Below, piece after piece: positions 10,701 to 18,319 of a stretch of DNA of 64,000 bases. The position numbers and the translations under genes are program-made. The notes under the pieces were generated by a model, which was given only the letters and a program-made list of their open reading frames with translations, did not search any database and was not told the origin of the DNA. This DNA is from Cyanobacteriota bacterium (lineage in GTDB: Bacteria; Cyanobacteriota; Vampirovibrionia; JBFMGH01). Location: positions 37,978-101,977 of the forward strand of contig JBFMGH010000264.1 of NCBI GenBank assembly GCA_040752795.1, written 5' to 3'. Position 1 is the first letter of the stretch. Each line of letters opens with the position of its first letter.

Positions 10701-13281
10701 TGGTCTGGGTAATTCCAGCAATATTGATCTATCTACTAGTAATAATACATCCTTTATTATAAATGCTGGAGATAGCGATGATGTGGTTAATCTTGCAGGA
10801 ACTAATAATAATGCAATAGTAAATCTTTCTTCTGGTACAAACACTTTAAATATTGATGATTCAAACAATAATACATTTGTGGTAAATGGGGGAGTGGGGA
10901 TTGATACAGCTAGTCTCTCCGGGGTTTTAGCTGATTATACGTTTACTGATAATGGTGATAATACGTTAACGGTTACTAATACAGGGTCAGGTGCTACAAC
11001 TACAATTGATATTGCTGTAGAAAATATTAATTTGTCTGATGGCTCTATTGTTAACTTTGATGGTTCATCTATAACAATTACTGATGCTCCGGGTAATGCT
11101 AGTAATTTTGATCTAACTGGTGGTGTTAATACTGTATTTACCATTAATGCTAATGATAATAATGATACAGTTGATCTTGGTGGTTTAAATAATGATGTTA
11201 CTGTTAATTTAAATTCTGGTAATAATACTGTTAATGTTGATGATACAAATAATAATACTTTTGTTATAAGTGGTGGTAGTGGTACTGATGTTGTTAATAT
11301 GTCTGGTAATGTTTCTGATTATACTTTTATAGATAATGGAGATAACACACTTACTTTAACAAATAATATTTCTGGAGCTACTACAACTATTGATACATCT
11401 ATTGAAACAGTAACATTAGGGGATAATGTTAATGTTAATTTTGATGGTTCTACTATTACTCTAACTGATGCTCTTGGATCTTCTACTACATTTGATCTAA
11501 CAGCGCAAAACAATTCTAATATGATTATTAATACAGGTAATATGGATGATATAGTTAATCTTGGTGGCTCTAATAATGATATGACAGTCAACTTAATCTC
11601 TGGCAATAATAATGTAAATATTTCTGACCAGAATTTTAATACGTTTATTGTCAATGGTGGTACGGCTACAGATACGGTTAACTTTACTGCGGGTCTTGAT
11701 TATACATTAACAGATAATGGTGATACTACTTATACAGTTACTAATAATTTGTCAGGTGCTAATACAACATTTGGTACTTCAATTGAAACTATTTCCTTTA
11801 CGGATATACCTGGATCCTCTTCTACTTTTTCAGTTAATGATAGTTTTGCGGCCAGTATTATTGTAAATGCAGGTAATAATAACGATACTCTGAATCTGGG
11901 AGGTGCTGGAAATGATATTACGGCTAACTTAAATAGTGGTACAAACGTTGTAAATGTTGATGATACAGTTTCTGCTACATATAATATAAATGGTGGTAGC
12001 GGTACTGATTCTATTAATTTGACTGGTATTTTATCTGATTATTCATTCCAGGATAATGGAGATAGTACACTTACAATAACAAATACACTTTCTGGTGCAA
12101 CAGTAACAGTTGATGCTAATATTGAAACAATTAACCTGGCTGATGGTAAAACTTTAAGCTATGACGGTACTGATCTAACTATTAATGATACACCTGGAAG
12201 TTCTTCTGCATTTGATATAACAACTTTTACAAATACTTCATTTATTATTAATACAGATAATCAGAATGATATTGTTGACCTTGGTGGAAATAATAACACG
12301 GCGGTAGTAAATCTGGCTTCTGGTGTAAAGACTGTAAACATTGATGATTCTAACAATAATACATTTGTAGTTAATGGTGGTGTAGGAACAGATACAATTA
12401 ATTTATTTGGAAACATTTCTGACTATTCATTCCAGGATAACGGAGATAGTACACTTACAATAACAAACACACTTTCTGGTGCAACAGTAACAGTTGATGC
12501 TAATATTGAAACAATTAACCTGGCAGATGGTAAAACCTTAAATTATGATGGTACAGATTTAACAATAAATGATTTACCTGGAAGTGCTACAAACTTTGAT
12601 ATAACATCTAATGCAAATACCTCTTTTATTATTAATGCTGGTGATCAAAATGATATAGTTGATCTTGGTGGAAATAATAACACGGCGGTAGTAAATCTGA
12701 CTTCTGGTGTAAACACTGTAAACATTGATGATTCTAACAGCAATACATTTGTAGTTAATGGTGGCGTGGGAACAGATACAATTAATATGAGTGCTAATTT
12801 CTCTGATTATATATTGATGGATAATCTTGATGGAACTCTAACCATTACTAACAATATTTCAGGAGCTACTACCACAATTGATTCTTCTATAGAAACGGTT
12901 AATTTTAATGACTCTTATTCAATATCTTATGATGGATCTGATATTACTTTAAGTGGTTTTACAGCTGGTAATGATAACCTTTCTATTGATGGAATTGATA
13001 CAACATATAATTTTGTAACTACAGATGCAGGTATGGATAATATAACTATAGATGGTATTAATAATAATGTTAATATAGATTTAGGAACCGAAGACGATTC
13101 GGTATACGTAGCAGTAGGCAATAACAATGTTATAAATATTGATGGTAGCGGCCAGACAGATACACTTACATTAGAAGGTGCAGCACTAGATTGGAACCTG
13201 GTAGGTAGTACATATACTCATACTGTTTCTGGTACATCAGTTACTATTTCAAATCTTGAAAATGTCCTCTTTACAGCCTGA
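7708..13281 (+). CDS. Giant (1857 aa) Asn/Thr/Asp/Gly-rich, cysteine-free repeat protein with RTX-like calcium-binding nonapeptides. Probable secreted or surface adhesin-like beta-roll/beta-helix protein
   Basis: A single ORF with about 11 tandem 128-aa modules, each carrying GGxGxDx[IV]x (for example NGGVGTDTINL, NGGSGTDSINL, SGGLGNDIINM). There are three related cap modules (GDVLDWTLVG..IENVYF; GMAADWTLTG; GAALDWNLVG..LENVLF), the last at the extreme C-terminus. There is no N-terminal signal peptide. The start codon is uncertain (TTG 7708 immediately after a stop; the first ATG lies about 40 codons downstream). Confidence 0.75.
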   Translation: MSSVNYFGISNSINAWGIYSLFKTNSLSINNDLQKLETSMALTLENEDRYVSSQSPVLMGLYRAIPSERAEQLLSEGYSDVSAIVKAVSEYMTSIEDTAVYSEPTAQNDRTFNINDPAPNTSTYDLVNLYNNTVNINTNAGTDTVNLGGTYNTIQVDVGLGDDTVNVDTSSANEFTIVGGPGTNTVNMSGNVTDYAFQDNGDNTLTMTDTYSGATVVIDTNIELVNFADGSTMTFDGTDITINSAATGEQMLIDTTNSSYVLDMNSGDDTLVVSGVGNTVDVNVSAGNDFVVVDGTNNNVNIQFEDKQDTLYVATGNNNIVNVDGGDYTDSLILQGDVLDWTLVGNTYTHNTTGTAVTVNDIENVYFGQLVDDPAGSSSNLDYTALNNSGNVVYLNDGNDTVALGGTNNYIQLDMGSGTNTVTIDDTNYNNFVLAGGSGTDTISFIGNVGDYTFQTNDDGTLTIKNASSFATTTIDSNIENILFADNSSLAFNGTDFSIKTTINADTVNITGSNNTVFIDTYNGADSVSITGTNNTVKLNLANDDDSVYVGIGENNDITIDGAHGVDTLTLQGMAADWTLTGTLPGQTYYENIYSGTKVTILTSIDNVQFDNGLVVYDTPGMDSFINALGYNDTSININTNDGDDTVSLDGTNNNVTVNFLSGNDYVHIDDSTNSTYFINGGSGEDTVVLNGVMADYNIVNNPDDTMTITNTISGAAVTLDPYLVENIVLMDGPIQGRVVLRGTPLDDTFDLTAFNNETIQVDLMSGNDLLTVGGTNNDIDLNLGAGDDIVNIDDSNSNIFNVSGGLGNDIINMAGVLGDYTFTDNGDSTFTLTNVISGAATTVDSTVETINLGDGSVLSYDGSTITITDAPGRSNTFDMTTYSNSSFIINANDQDDMVIIGGLNNDITANLNSGNNTVNIDDSNIGTYTVNGGTGTDVINMAGNLSDYQFNDNGDSTFTLTNVISGATTTINSTVETINLNDGTVIGYDGSTITITDGLGNSSNIDLSTSNNTSFIINAGDSDDVVNLAGTNNNAIVNLSSGTNTLNIDDSNNNTFVVNGGVGIDTASLSGVLADYTFTDNGDNTLTVTNTGSGATTTIDIAVENINLSDGSIVNFDGSSITITDAPGNASNFDLTGGVNTVFTINANDNNDTVDLGGLNNDVTVNLNSGNNTVNVDDTNNNTFVISGGSGTDVVNMSGNVSDYTFIDNGDNTLTLTNNISGATTTIDTSIETVTLGDNVNVNFDGSTITLTDALGSSTTFDLTAQNNSNMIINTGNMDDIVNLGGSNNDMTVNLISGNNNVNISDQNFNTFIVNGGTATDTVNFTAGLDYTLTDNGDTTYTVTNNLSGANTTFGTSIETISFTDIPGSSSTFSVNDSFAASIIVNAGNNNDTLNLGGAGNDITANLNSGTNVVNVDDTVSATYNINGGSGTDSINLTGILSDYSFQDNGDSTLTITNTLSGATVTVDANIETINLADGKTLSYDGTDLTINDTPGSSSAFDITTFTNTSFIINTDNQNDIVDLGGNNNTAVVNLASGVKTVNIDDSNNNTFVVNGGVGTDTINLFGNISDYSFQDNGDSTLTITNTLSGATVTVDANIETINLADGKTLNYDGTDLTINDLPGSATNFDITSNANTSFIINAGDQNDIVDLGGNNNTAVVNLTSGVNTVNIDDSNSNTFVVNGGVGTDTINMSANFSDYILMDNLDGTLTITNNISGATTTIDSSIETVNFNDSYSISYDGSDITLSGFTAGNDNLSIDGIDTTYNFVTTDAGMDNITIDGINNNVNIDLGTEDDSVYVAVGNNNVINIDGSGQTDTLTLEGAALDWNLVGSTYTHTVSGTSVTISNLENVLFTA
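8080..13260 (+). repeat. Intragenic tandem repeat array with a 384-bp period (about 11-13 copies). Some copies are nearly identical at the DNA level
   Basis: For example, 12041-12190 and 12425-12574 are almost identical, and 10181-10250 matches 10565-10634, both offset by exactly 384 bp. The period equals the 128-aa protein module. Confidence 0.8.
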
Positions 13282-13370
13282 TAATATTTAAAAATACACT
13301 TATTCAGTTATTAACATGAAAAAGTTTTGAAACAAATGCTATATAAAAATATATATAATGCCAAGAAATC

Positions 13371-13399
13371 TTGACACTCTTCACTTATATTGTATAAAC
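13371..13399 (+). promoter_or_regulatory. Sigma70-like promoter for the tRNA cluster (TTGACA-16-TATAAA, with TG immediately upstream of the -10)
   Basis: TTGACA at 13371-13376 and tgTATAAA at 13391-13398. The first tRNA starts at 13413, about 8 nt after the predicted +1. Confidence 0.45.
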
Positions 13400-13412
13400 T
13401 AATAATACCCTT

Positions 13413-13486
13413 CGGGATGTAGCGCAGCTTGGTAGCGCACCTCGCTTGGGACGAGGGGGCCGCTGGTTCGAATCCAGTCATCCCGA
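13413..13486 (+). tRNA. tRNA-Pro (anticodon TGG)
   Basis: Cloverleaf: acceptor CGGGATG/CATCCCG, D-arm AGCGCAGCTTGGTAGCGCA, anticodon stem-loop CCTCG-CTTGGGA-CGAGG, T-loop GGTTCGAATCC. Confidence 0.85.
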
Positions 13487-13514
13487 TTCTCTTAAAATAA
13501 AATAATATAAACAG

Positions 13515-13587
13515 GCGGGTGTAGCTCAGTTGGTAGAGCGCTAGCCTTCCAAGCTAGTTGTCGCGAGTTCGAACCTCGTCGCCCGCT
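13515..13587 (+). tRNA. tRNA-Gly (anticodon TCC)
   Basis: Acceptor GCGGGTG/CGCCCGC, D-arm AGCTCAGTTGGTAGAGC, anticodon stem-loop CTAGC-CTTCCAA-GCTAG, T-loop AGTTCGAAC. Confidence 0.85.
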
Positions 13588-13595
13588 TTTATTGA

Positions 13596-13672
13596 GGCGA
13601 GTGTAGCCAAGAGGTTAAGGCCCCGGATTGTGGTTCCGGTATTCGTGGGTTCGAGTCCCATCACTCGCCCCA
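13596..13672 (+). tRNA. tRNA-His (anticodon GTG) with G-1 and an encoded CCA
   Basis: An extra 5' G pairs with discriminator C, the tRNA-His hallmark. Anticodon stem-loop CCGGA-TTGTGGT-TCCGG, T-loop GGTTCGAGTCC, and 3' CCA is encoded, followed by a T6 run. Confidence 0.85.
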
Positions 13673-13695
13673 CTTTTTTGTATAAGGACTATATA

Positions 13696-14451
13696 ATGTC
13701 TAATTATAAAACTGATGCTATTGTCCTTAGAACATATGATTTTAAAGATTATGACAGAATAATTGTACTCTATTCTAAAGATAGAGGTTTAATAAGAGCA
13801 GTTGCCAAAGGTGTTAAAAACCCAAAATCTAAGCTGAGAGGCAGGTTAGAGCCTCTTATGGCTTCTGGCTTGATTCTTTATGAGGGTAGAAATCTTGATA
13901 GTATTTCTCAATGTGATACTATAGAATCTTTTAAACATCTGAGAAAAGATCTTAAAAAGATTACTTATGCCATGTACTTTGCTGAACTTGCTTCAGCTTT
14001 TGGTGTTGAGAATGATCCTCAATCTGAATATTTTTATAATTTTATTTTTAATAGCCTAAAAGAGCTTGAAACGTCCGATGAAAATGTTATATTAGAAACA
14101 TTAATTGTTAATTATAGTTATAAACTAATTTCCTGGGCTGGTTATAAACCAGTTTTTGATTATTGTGGGCAATGCAGATCTAAAATTTTAACTTCAACTG
14201 ATATATGCTTCAATACTGATTCAGGTATGGCAGTATGTCCTGATTGTAGTAGTAAAAATGCCAATTTAACCTGTCTGCCCCAGAATCTTTATCAATACTT
14301 ACTTAACCTCGCTGGTATTTCAAGTTTTCCGTTTAATTTAGATGTAAATACTGTTACAAAAGCGCATAGTCTGTTATTTGAGTACATTGACAAAAAATCG
14401 AACTATAAATTAAAAACACCGAAGTTGATAGAAACTCTATGTTTAAGTTAA
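13696..14451 (+). CDS. recO: DNA repair protein RecO
   Basis: The N-terminal OB-fold region (AIVLRTYDFKDYDRIIVLYSKDRGLIRAVAKGVKNPKS) and the C-terminal Cys4 zinc motif (CGQC...CPDC) fit RecO. The real start is ATG 13696; the longer ORF 13558.. would overlap the tRNAs. Confidence 0.85.
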   Translation: MSNYKTDAIVLRTYDFKDYDRIIVLYSKDRGLIRAVAKGVKNPKSKLRGRLEPLMASGLILYEGRNLDSISQCDTIESFKHLRKDLKKITYAMYFAELASAFGVENDPQSEYFYNFIFNSLKELETSDENVILETLIVNYSYKLISWAGYKPVFDYCGQCRSKILTSTDICFNTDSGMAVCPDCSSKNANLTCLPQNLYQYLLNLAGISSFPFNLDVNTVTKAHSLLFEYIDKKSNYKLKTPKLIETLCLS

Positions 14452-14498
14452 AAATAAGTAAGTAATTTTTTATTATTTCTGGCAAGGATGAAAAAAAA

Positions 14499-15812
14499 TT
14501 GAGCAAGCAAGATGGTTACAGAGCTGTATTAAAAAATAAACCGTTTCTTTCACTGTGGATCGCTCAAATATTTTCACAACTAGGTGATAGAGTATGTTTT
14601 GTGGTATTTGTGGCTATTATTGCTTATAATATTTCAACTGAGGCAGTCTATCAGAGCTGGTTATATATAGCATTTACTATACCTGCAATGATGTTCACGG
14701 CTCTTGCAGGTGTTTTTATTGATAGATGGAACAAAAAGTATACCCTTATAACTACAAATGTATTAAGGGGGTTGATTATACTATTCCTTCCATATTTTGA
14801 GTCTAGCCTGTGGGGTATATATGTTATAGCCTTCTCTATATCTACAGTAACACAGTTTTTTGTACCAGCAGAGGCTTCATGTATACCTATGCTGGTTGAG
14901 AAAAAACATCTTATTTCAGCTAATTCATTGTTTACTACAACGATGATGGGTTCTGTTATATTTGGATTTGTTTTAGGTGACCCTTTAATTAACTTATTTG
15001 GTATTCAATATGTCCATTATGCTATAACAGGCCTGTTTGTTATATCAGCTTTTTGCCTTATAGGAGTGGTTGAAAAGAAAGTAGCTCATGATCATGATAA
15101 AGTAATAAAAGAATTTTTTGAAGAATTTAAAGAAGGATTACTCTATATAAAAAGTTCTCCGATTGTTTTAAATGCTATGTTAAAGCTTGCAACACTATTT
15201 TCTACTATTGTTGCACTATGCATTTTAAGTATTAGTATTTCTACCCAGTGGTTGTATCCGGAGCTACCTAAATTAGGTGCTCAAAAGTTTGCCTATATTG
15301 TTGCATATAGTGGGCTGGGTATGGTTATAGGTGCTTTTCTTGTTGGAAAGTTCTGGCGTAAGAAGTCAAAGTTTTTGTTAATATTTATGGGCTTTGCTAT
15401 AATGGGTCTTAGTCTTATGATTCTTAGCTTTACTGGCCTGATACCGGAAAAAAGAATTATTCAGGTGCCTATTATAGAATTTCTCGGGTTTCATCTGAAA
15501 GCCTTTGATTTAACAATTAGAATGATTTATACTTATTTCATAGCAACTATTATTGGTTTTGGCGCTGCTCTGGTAGCTATACCTGTGCAAACTATACTTC
15601 AAAGCTCTATTCCTGAAAATATGCGTGGCAAAGTCTTTGGAGTACAGTTTACTATTCTCAGTACATCTTCCACTTTGCCTGTTGTGATAGTTGCTATTGG
15701 TGCAGATATGATAGGTCTGCTCTATATGTTATTAATTATAGGAGTGCCTTTGCTGATATTTGGCTCAATTGGGTTGTATAGAGTACGAAAAAAACTAAAG
15801 AATCTTTTTTAA
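14499..15812 (+). CDS. MFS (major facilitator superfamily) transporter
   Basis: 437 aa with about 12 predicted TM helices. The N-terminus is MFS-like (FLSLWIAQIFSQLGDRV). Confidence 0.8.
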   Translation: MSKQDGYRAVLKNKPFLSLWIAQIFSQLGDRVCFVVFVAIIAYNISTEAVYQSWLYIAFTIPAMMFTALAGVFIDRWNKKYTLITTNVLRGLIILFLPYFESSLWGIYVIAFSISTVTQFFVPAEASCIPMLVEKKHLISANSLFTTTMMGSVIFGFVLGDPLINLFGIQYVHYAITGLFVISAFCLIGVVEKKVAHDHDKVIKEFFEEFKEGLLYIKSSPIVLNAMLKLATLFSTIVALCILSISISTQWLYPELPKLGAQKFAYIVAYSGLGMVIGAFLVGKFWRKKSKFLLIFMGFAIMGLSLMILSFTGLIPEKRIIQVPIIEFLGFHLKAFDLTIRMIYTYFIATIIGFGAALVAIPVQTILQSSIPENMRGKVFGVQFTILSTSSTLPVVIVAIGADMIGLLYMLLIIGVPLLIFGSIGLYRVRKKLKNLF

Positions 15813-15815
15813 TAT

Positions 15816-17003
15816 ATGTCAACTTTATTACCATTAAAGACTAAAAAGAAATATAAGCCGGCTAAATTGAGAATATACTTTTCTTTTAGTAGTGAAGGCT
15901 ATGGTCATTCTAGTAGAGCATTGGCTGTTGCCAAGCGGTTTTCTGATGATGAATTAGTTTTAGGTACTTATAGCTATGCATATGAAAAGATCAAAAGTTA
16001 TAGTTTCCCTTCTATAAGACTCCAGCAAGAAATAAAACTTATGGGTTCAGATGGTTCTTTTGATGTAGGAAAGACTATTATTCGAAGCCATTCTCAGGCA
16101 CTGACATACAATCAAATAATACAGCAAGAAATAGATGTCATAGAAGCTTATGAACCTACATGTGTTGTGGCAGATGGCAGAATGGCCCCTGTGTTAGCTG
16201 CTGATATTATAGGATTGCCTTGTATCGTTGTGACAAATCAGAGTGCTTTTTATCCATTTTTTGAAAAAGACTCTGCTTTAATAAAAATATTTGGTAAATC
16301 ATTTGATTGGGTTATGAAAACCTGGTTAAGTTCTGCTGAAGAACTTTTAATACCTGATTTCCCTCCCCCTCATACGGTTTGTTTGCCTAATTTGAGTTCT
16401 AATATTAAAGTAATGAAGCGTCAAAAATTTATTGGACCTCTGGTAGCCTGGAAAAGGTCAGAGATTGAAATCTGTGAAAGAGAATCGACCAGACCTTATG
16501 TTATTGTTACTTTAGGAGGTCATGCCTATAGAAGACCGCTTTTTGATGCTATGCTAAGTGTGGCGAATAAGTTAAAAGATATTGATTTTGATATATTTAC
16601 ATCTTTTGAAGCTAAATCTATTCCATCGAATGTAACTTTAAGAGGCTTAGTACCATCTATTGCTTCTTACTATAAAGCTGCTTCTTTGATAATAACTCAG
16701 GCAGGCCATAGTACAGCCATGGAAATCTTAACTCTCGGCAAACCAGCTCTGGTTGTTCCCGATAAAAAGCAAATTGAACAAGAAAATAACGCTAGACGAT
16801 TATGTGAATTAGGAGTCGCTACTCAAATGAAGTATGACGAACTTTCTGTTAACAATCTAGCCCAAAGAATAAAAATGATGTTAGAATCATCTTGTTACTC
16901 TGAAGCTGCTGAAAATATGGCTCAGATAGCAGAAAAAATCGATGGTACTAAACAAGCTGAGATGGTATTAAGAGATTATTCCACACGCTTGATGGCATAT
17001 TAA
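15816..17003 (+). CDS. GT1-family (MGT/UDP-glycosyltransferase-like) glycosyltransferase
   Basis: The N-terminus has SEGYGHSSRALAVAKRF, and the C-terminal domain has the nucleotide-sugar binding motif ITQAGHSTAMEILTLGKPALVVP characteristic of GT-B GT1/GT28 enzymes. Confidence 0.7.
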   Translation: MSTLLPLKTKKKYKPAKLRIYFSFSSEGYGHSSRALAVAKRFSDDELVLGTYSYAYEKIKSYSFPSIRLQQEIKLMGSDGSFDVGKTIIRSHSQALTYNQIIQQEIDVIEAYEPTCVVADGRMAPVLAADIIGLPCIVVTNQSAFYPFFEKDSALIKIFGKSFDWVMKTWLSSAEELLIPDFPPPHTVCLPNLSSNIKVMKRQKFIGPLVAWKRSEIEICERESTRPYVIVTLGGHAYRRPLFDAMLSVANKLKDIDFDIFTSFEAKSIPSNVTLRGLVPSIASYYKAASLIITQAGHSTAMEILTLGKPALVVPDKKQIEQENNARRLCELGVATQMKYDELSVNNLAQRIKMMLESSCYSEAAENMAQIAEKIDGTKQAEMVLRDYSTRLMAY

Positions 17004-17007
17004 ACGA

Positions 17008-18306
17008 GTGAAAGACAGAGTTTTATTAGCATTATTAATAATAATTTTGTGGATATTCCTTATATTAATAAAGGTTTATCTGCCAGAAATTCCTTCAACA
17101 CTTTTTGTGCTTGCATTTATGATATTATATTGTCTTATACTGGCAATGGCACAGATGTGGATAAAAATAAGATCTCGAAAAACACCTTTAAACGTAGATA
17201 AACCAGAATATTCTCCTCTGGTTAATATCTTTATACCTGCTCATAATGAAGAACTTGTTTTAAGTGCAACTATTGAAAATCTTATAAAAATTGATTATCC
17301 GAAATATAATATTTTAATTATTAATGATAGAAGCAAAGATAATACGGCACAAATTGCTAAAGAGCTTTCTGAAAAATATCCAGAAAAAGTTAAATATCAT
17401 ACAAGGCCTGATGATGCGTTTCCTGGTAAGTCAGCAGTTCTTAATGATGCTTTTAATATGACAGATGGTGAGGTTATTTGCGTATTTGATGCTGATGCTA
17501 AGGTTGAACCAGATTTTTTATCAAAGATGATACCTTATCTTGCTGATGAAGAAGTTAAAGCTGTTCAGGCAAGAAAAGTTATGCTTAATAAAAACACAAA
17601 TATCTTAACTCAGTGTCAGCATTATGAGTATTGTATGGATGTTAATGTTCAACTTGGTAGAGATAGCTTAAGAGCTGCTGTAGAGTTGAGAGGTAATGGT
17701 CAGTTAATAAAAAGATCAGCTGTTGAAGCAGTAGATAAATGGAATTTGAATACTGTTACTGATGATCTGGATATGTCTACAAGGTTGCACGTTAAGAATT
17801 ATATAATTAGATTGTGTACGGATACATGTGTTAAAGAAGAAGCTGTAGAATCTTTTAAAGCAATAATCAGGCAGCGTAAGCGCTGGGCTGAAGGTAGTAT
17901 AAGAAGATACCTGGATTATTCAGATCAGATTATATTTTCTAAAGAGGTTTCTCGCAAATTATCTCTTGATATGCTGGCATATTTCTCAGAATTTGTTTTG
18001 CCTGTTTGGTTGATATCTGACTTTATACTCCAGGTAGTATATATATTGGCGGGTGGCACTCCTCAGATACTTTCAAATCTTTTAGTGCTGGCTGCTATAG
18101 GAGCTTTTTTTATCACGTTATTGTTTTCAAGTATATTAAAATTTGAAAGGTGTGGAATCCTTTTTGCTTTTATAGCGTCCATTAAAACAGCAATATTTGT
18201 AATTATTTTATGGACTATTGTTGTAATTAGTGTAGTATTTAAAATTATATTTACCAAAAGATCTATGAAATGGTACAAACCAGATCGAGTGGCAGGTAAT
18301 AGTTAA
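17008..18306 (+). CDS. Processive GT2-family membrane glycosyltransferase (PgaC/IcaA/NodC/cellulose-synthase-like)
   Basis: Two N-terminal TM helices precede a GT-A domain with motifs D (INDRSKD), DxD (FDADAK), QAR and QxxRW (QRKRWAEG), followed by 3-4 C-terminal TM helices. It is 432 aa, close to PgaC. Confidence 0.75.
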   Translation: MKDRVLLALLIIILWIFLILIKVYLPEIPSTLFVLAFMILYCLILAMAQMWIKIRSRKTPLNVDKPEYSPLVNIFIPAHNEELVLSATIENLIKIDYPKYNILIINDRSKDNTAQIAKELSEKYPEKVKYHTRPDDAFPGKSAVLNDAFNMTDGEVICVFDADAKVEPDFLSKMIPYLADEEVKAVQARKVMLNKNTNILTQCQHYEYCMDVNVQLGRDSLRAAVELRGNGQLIKRSAVEAVDKWNLNTVTDDLDMSTRLHVKNYIIRLCTDTCVKEEAVESFKAIIRQRKRWAEGSIRRYLDYSDQIIFSKEVSRKLSLDMLAYFSEFVLPVWLISDFILQVVYILAGGTPQILSNLLVLAAIGAFFITLLFSSILKFERCGILFAFIASIKTAIFVIILWTIVVISVVFKIIFTKRSMKWYKPDRVAGNS

Positions 18307-18319
18307 TAAGAGGCTAGGG

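Noticed and set aside
12041-12574. Possibility that the near-identical 384-bp units are a CRISPR array or a mobile-element terminal repeat.
   Set aside because: The units are in frame within one long ORF and encode protein modules. There are no unique spacers, no cas genes and no transposase.
8289-13127. Series of minus-strand ORFs (62-111 aa) antisense to the giant repeat gene.
   Set aside because: They are generated by the repetitive, stop-poor antisense frame of a low-complexity gene. They are periodic with the sense repeats and have no independent support.
13558-13695. N-terminal extension of the recO ORF as given by the ORF track.
   Set aside because: It overlaps the tRNA-Gly and tRNA-His genes. 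The conserved RecO N-terminus begins at ATG 13696.
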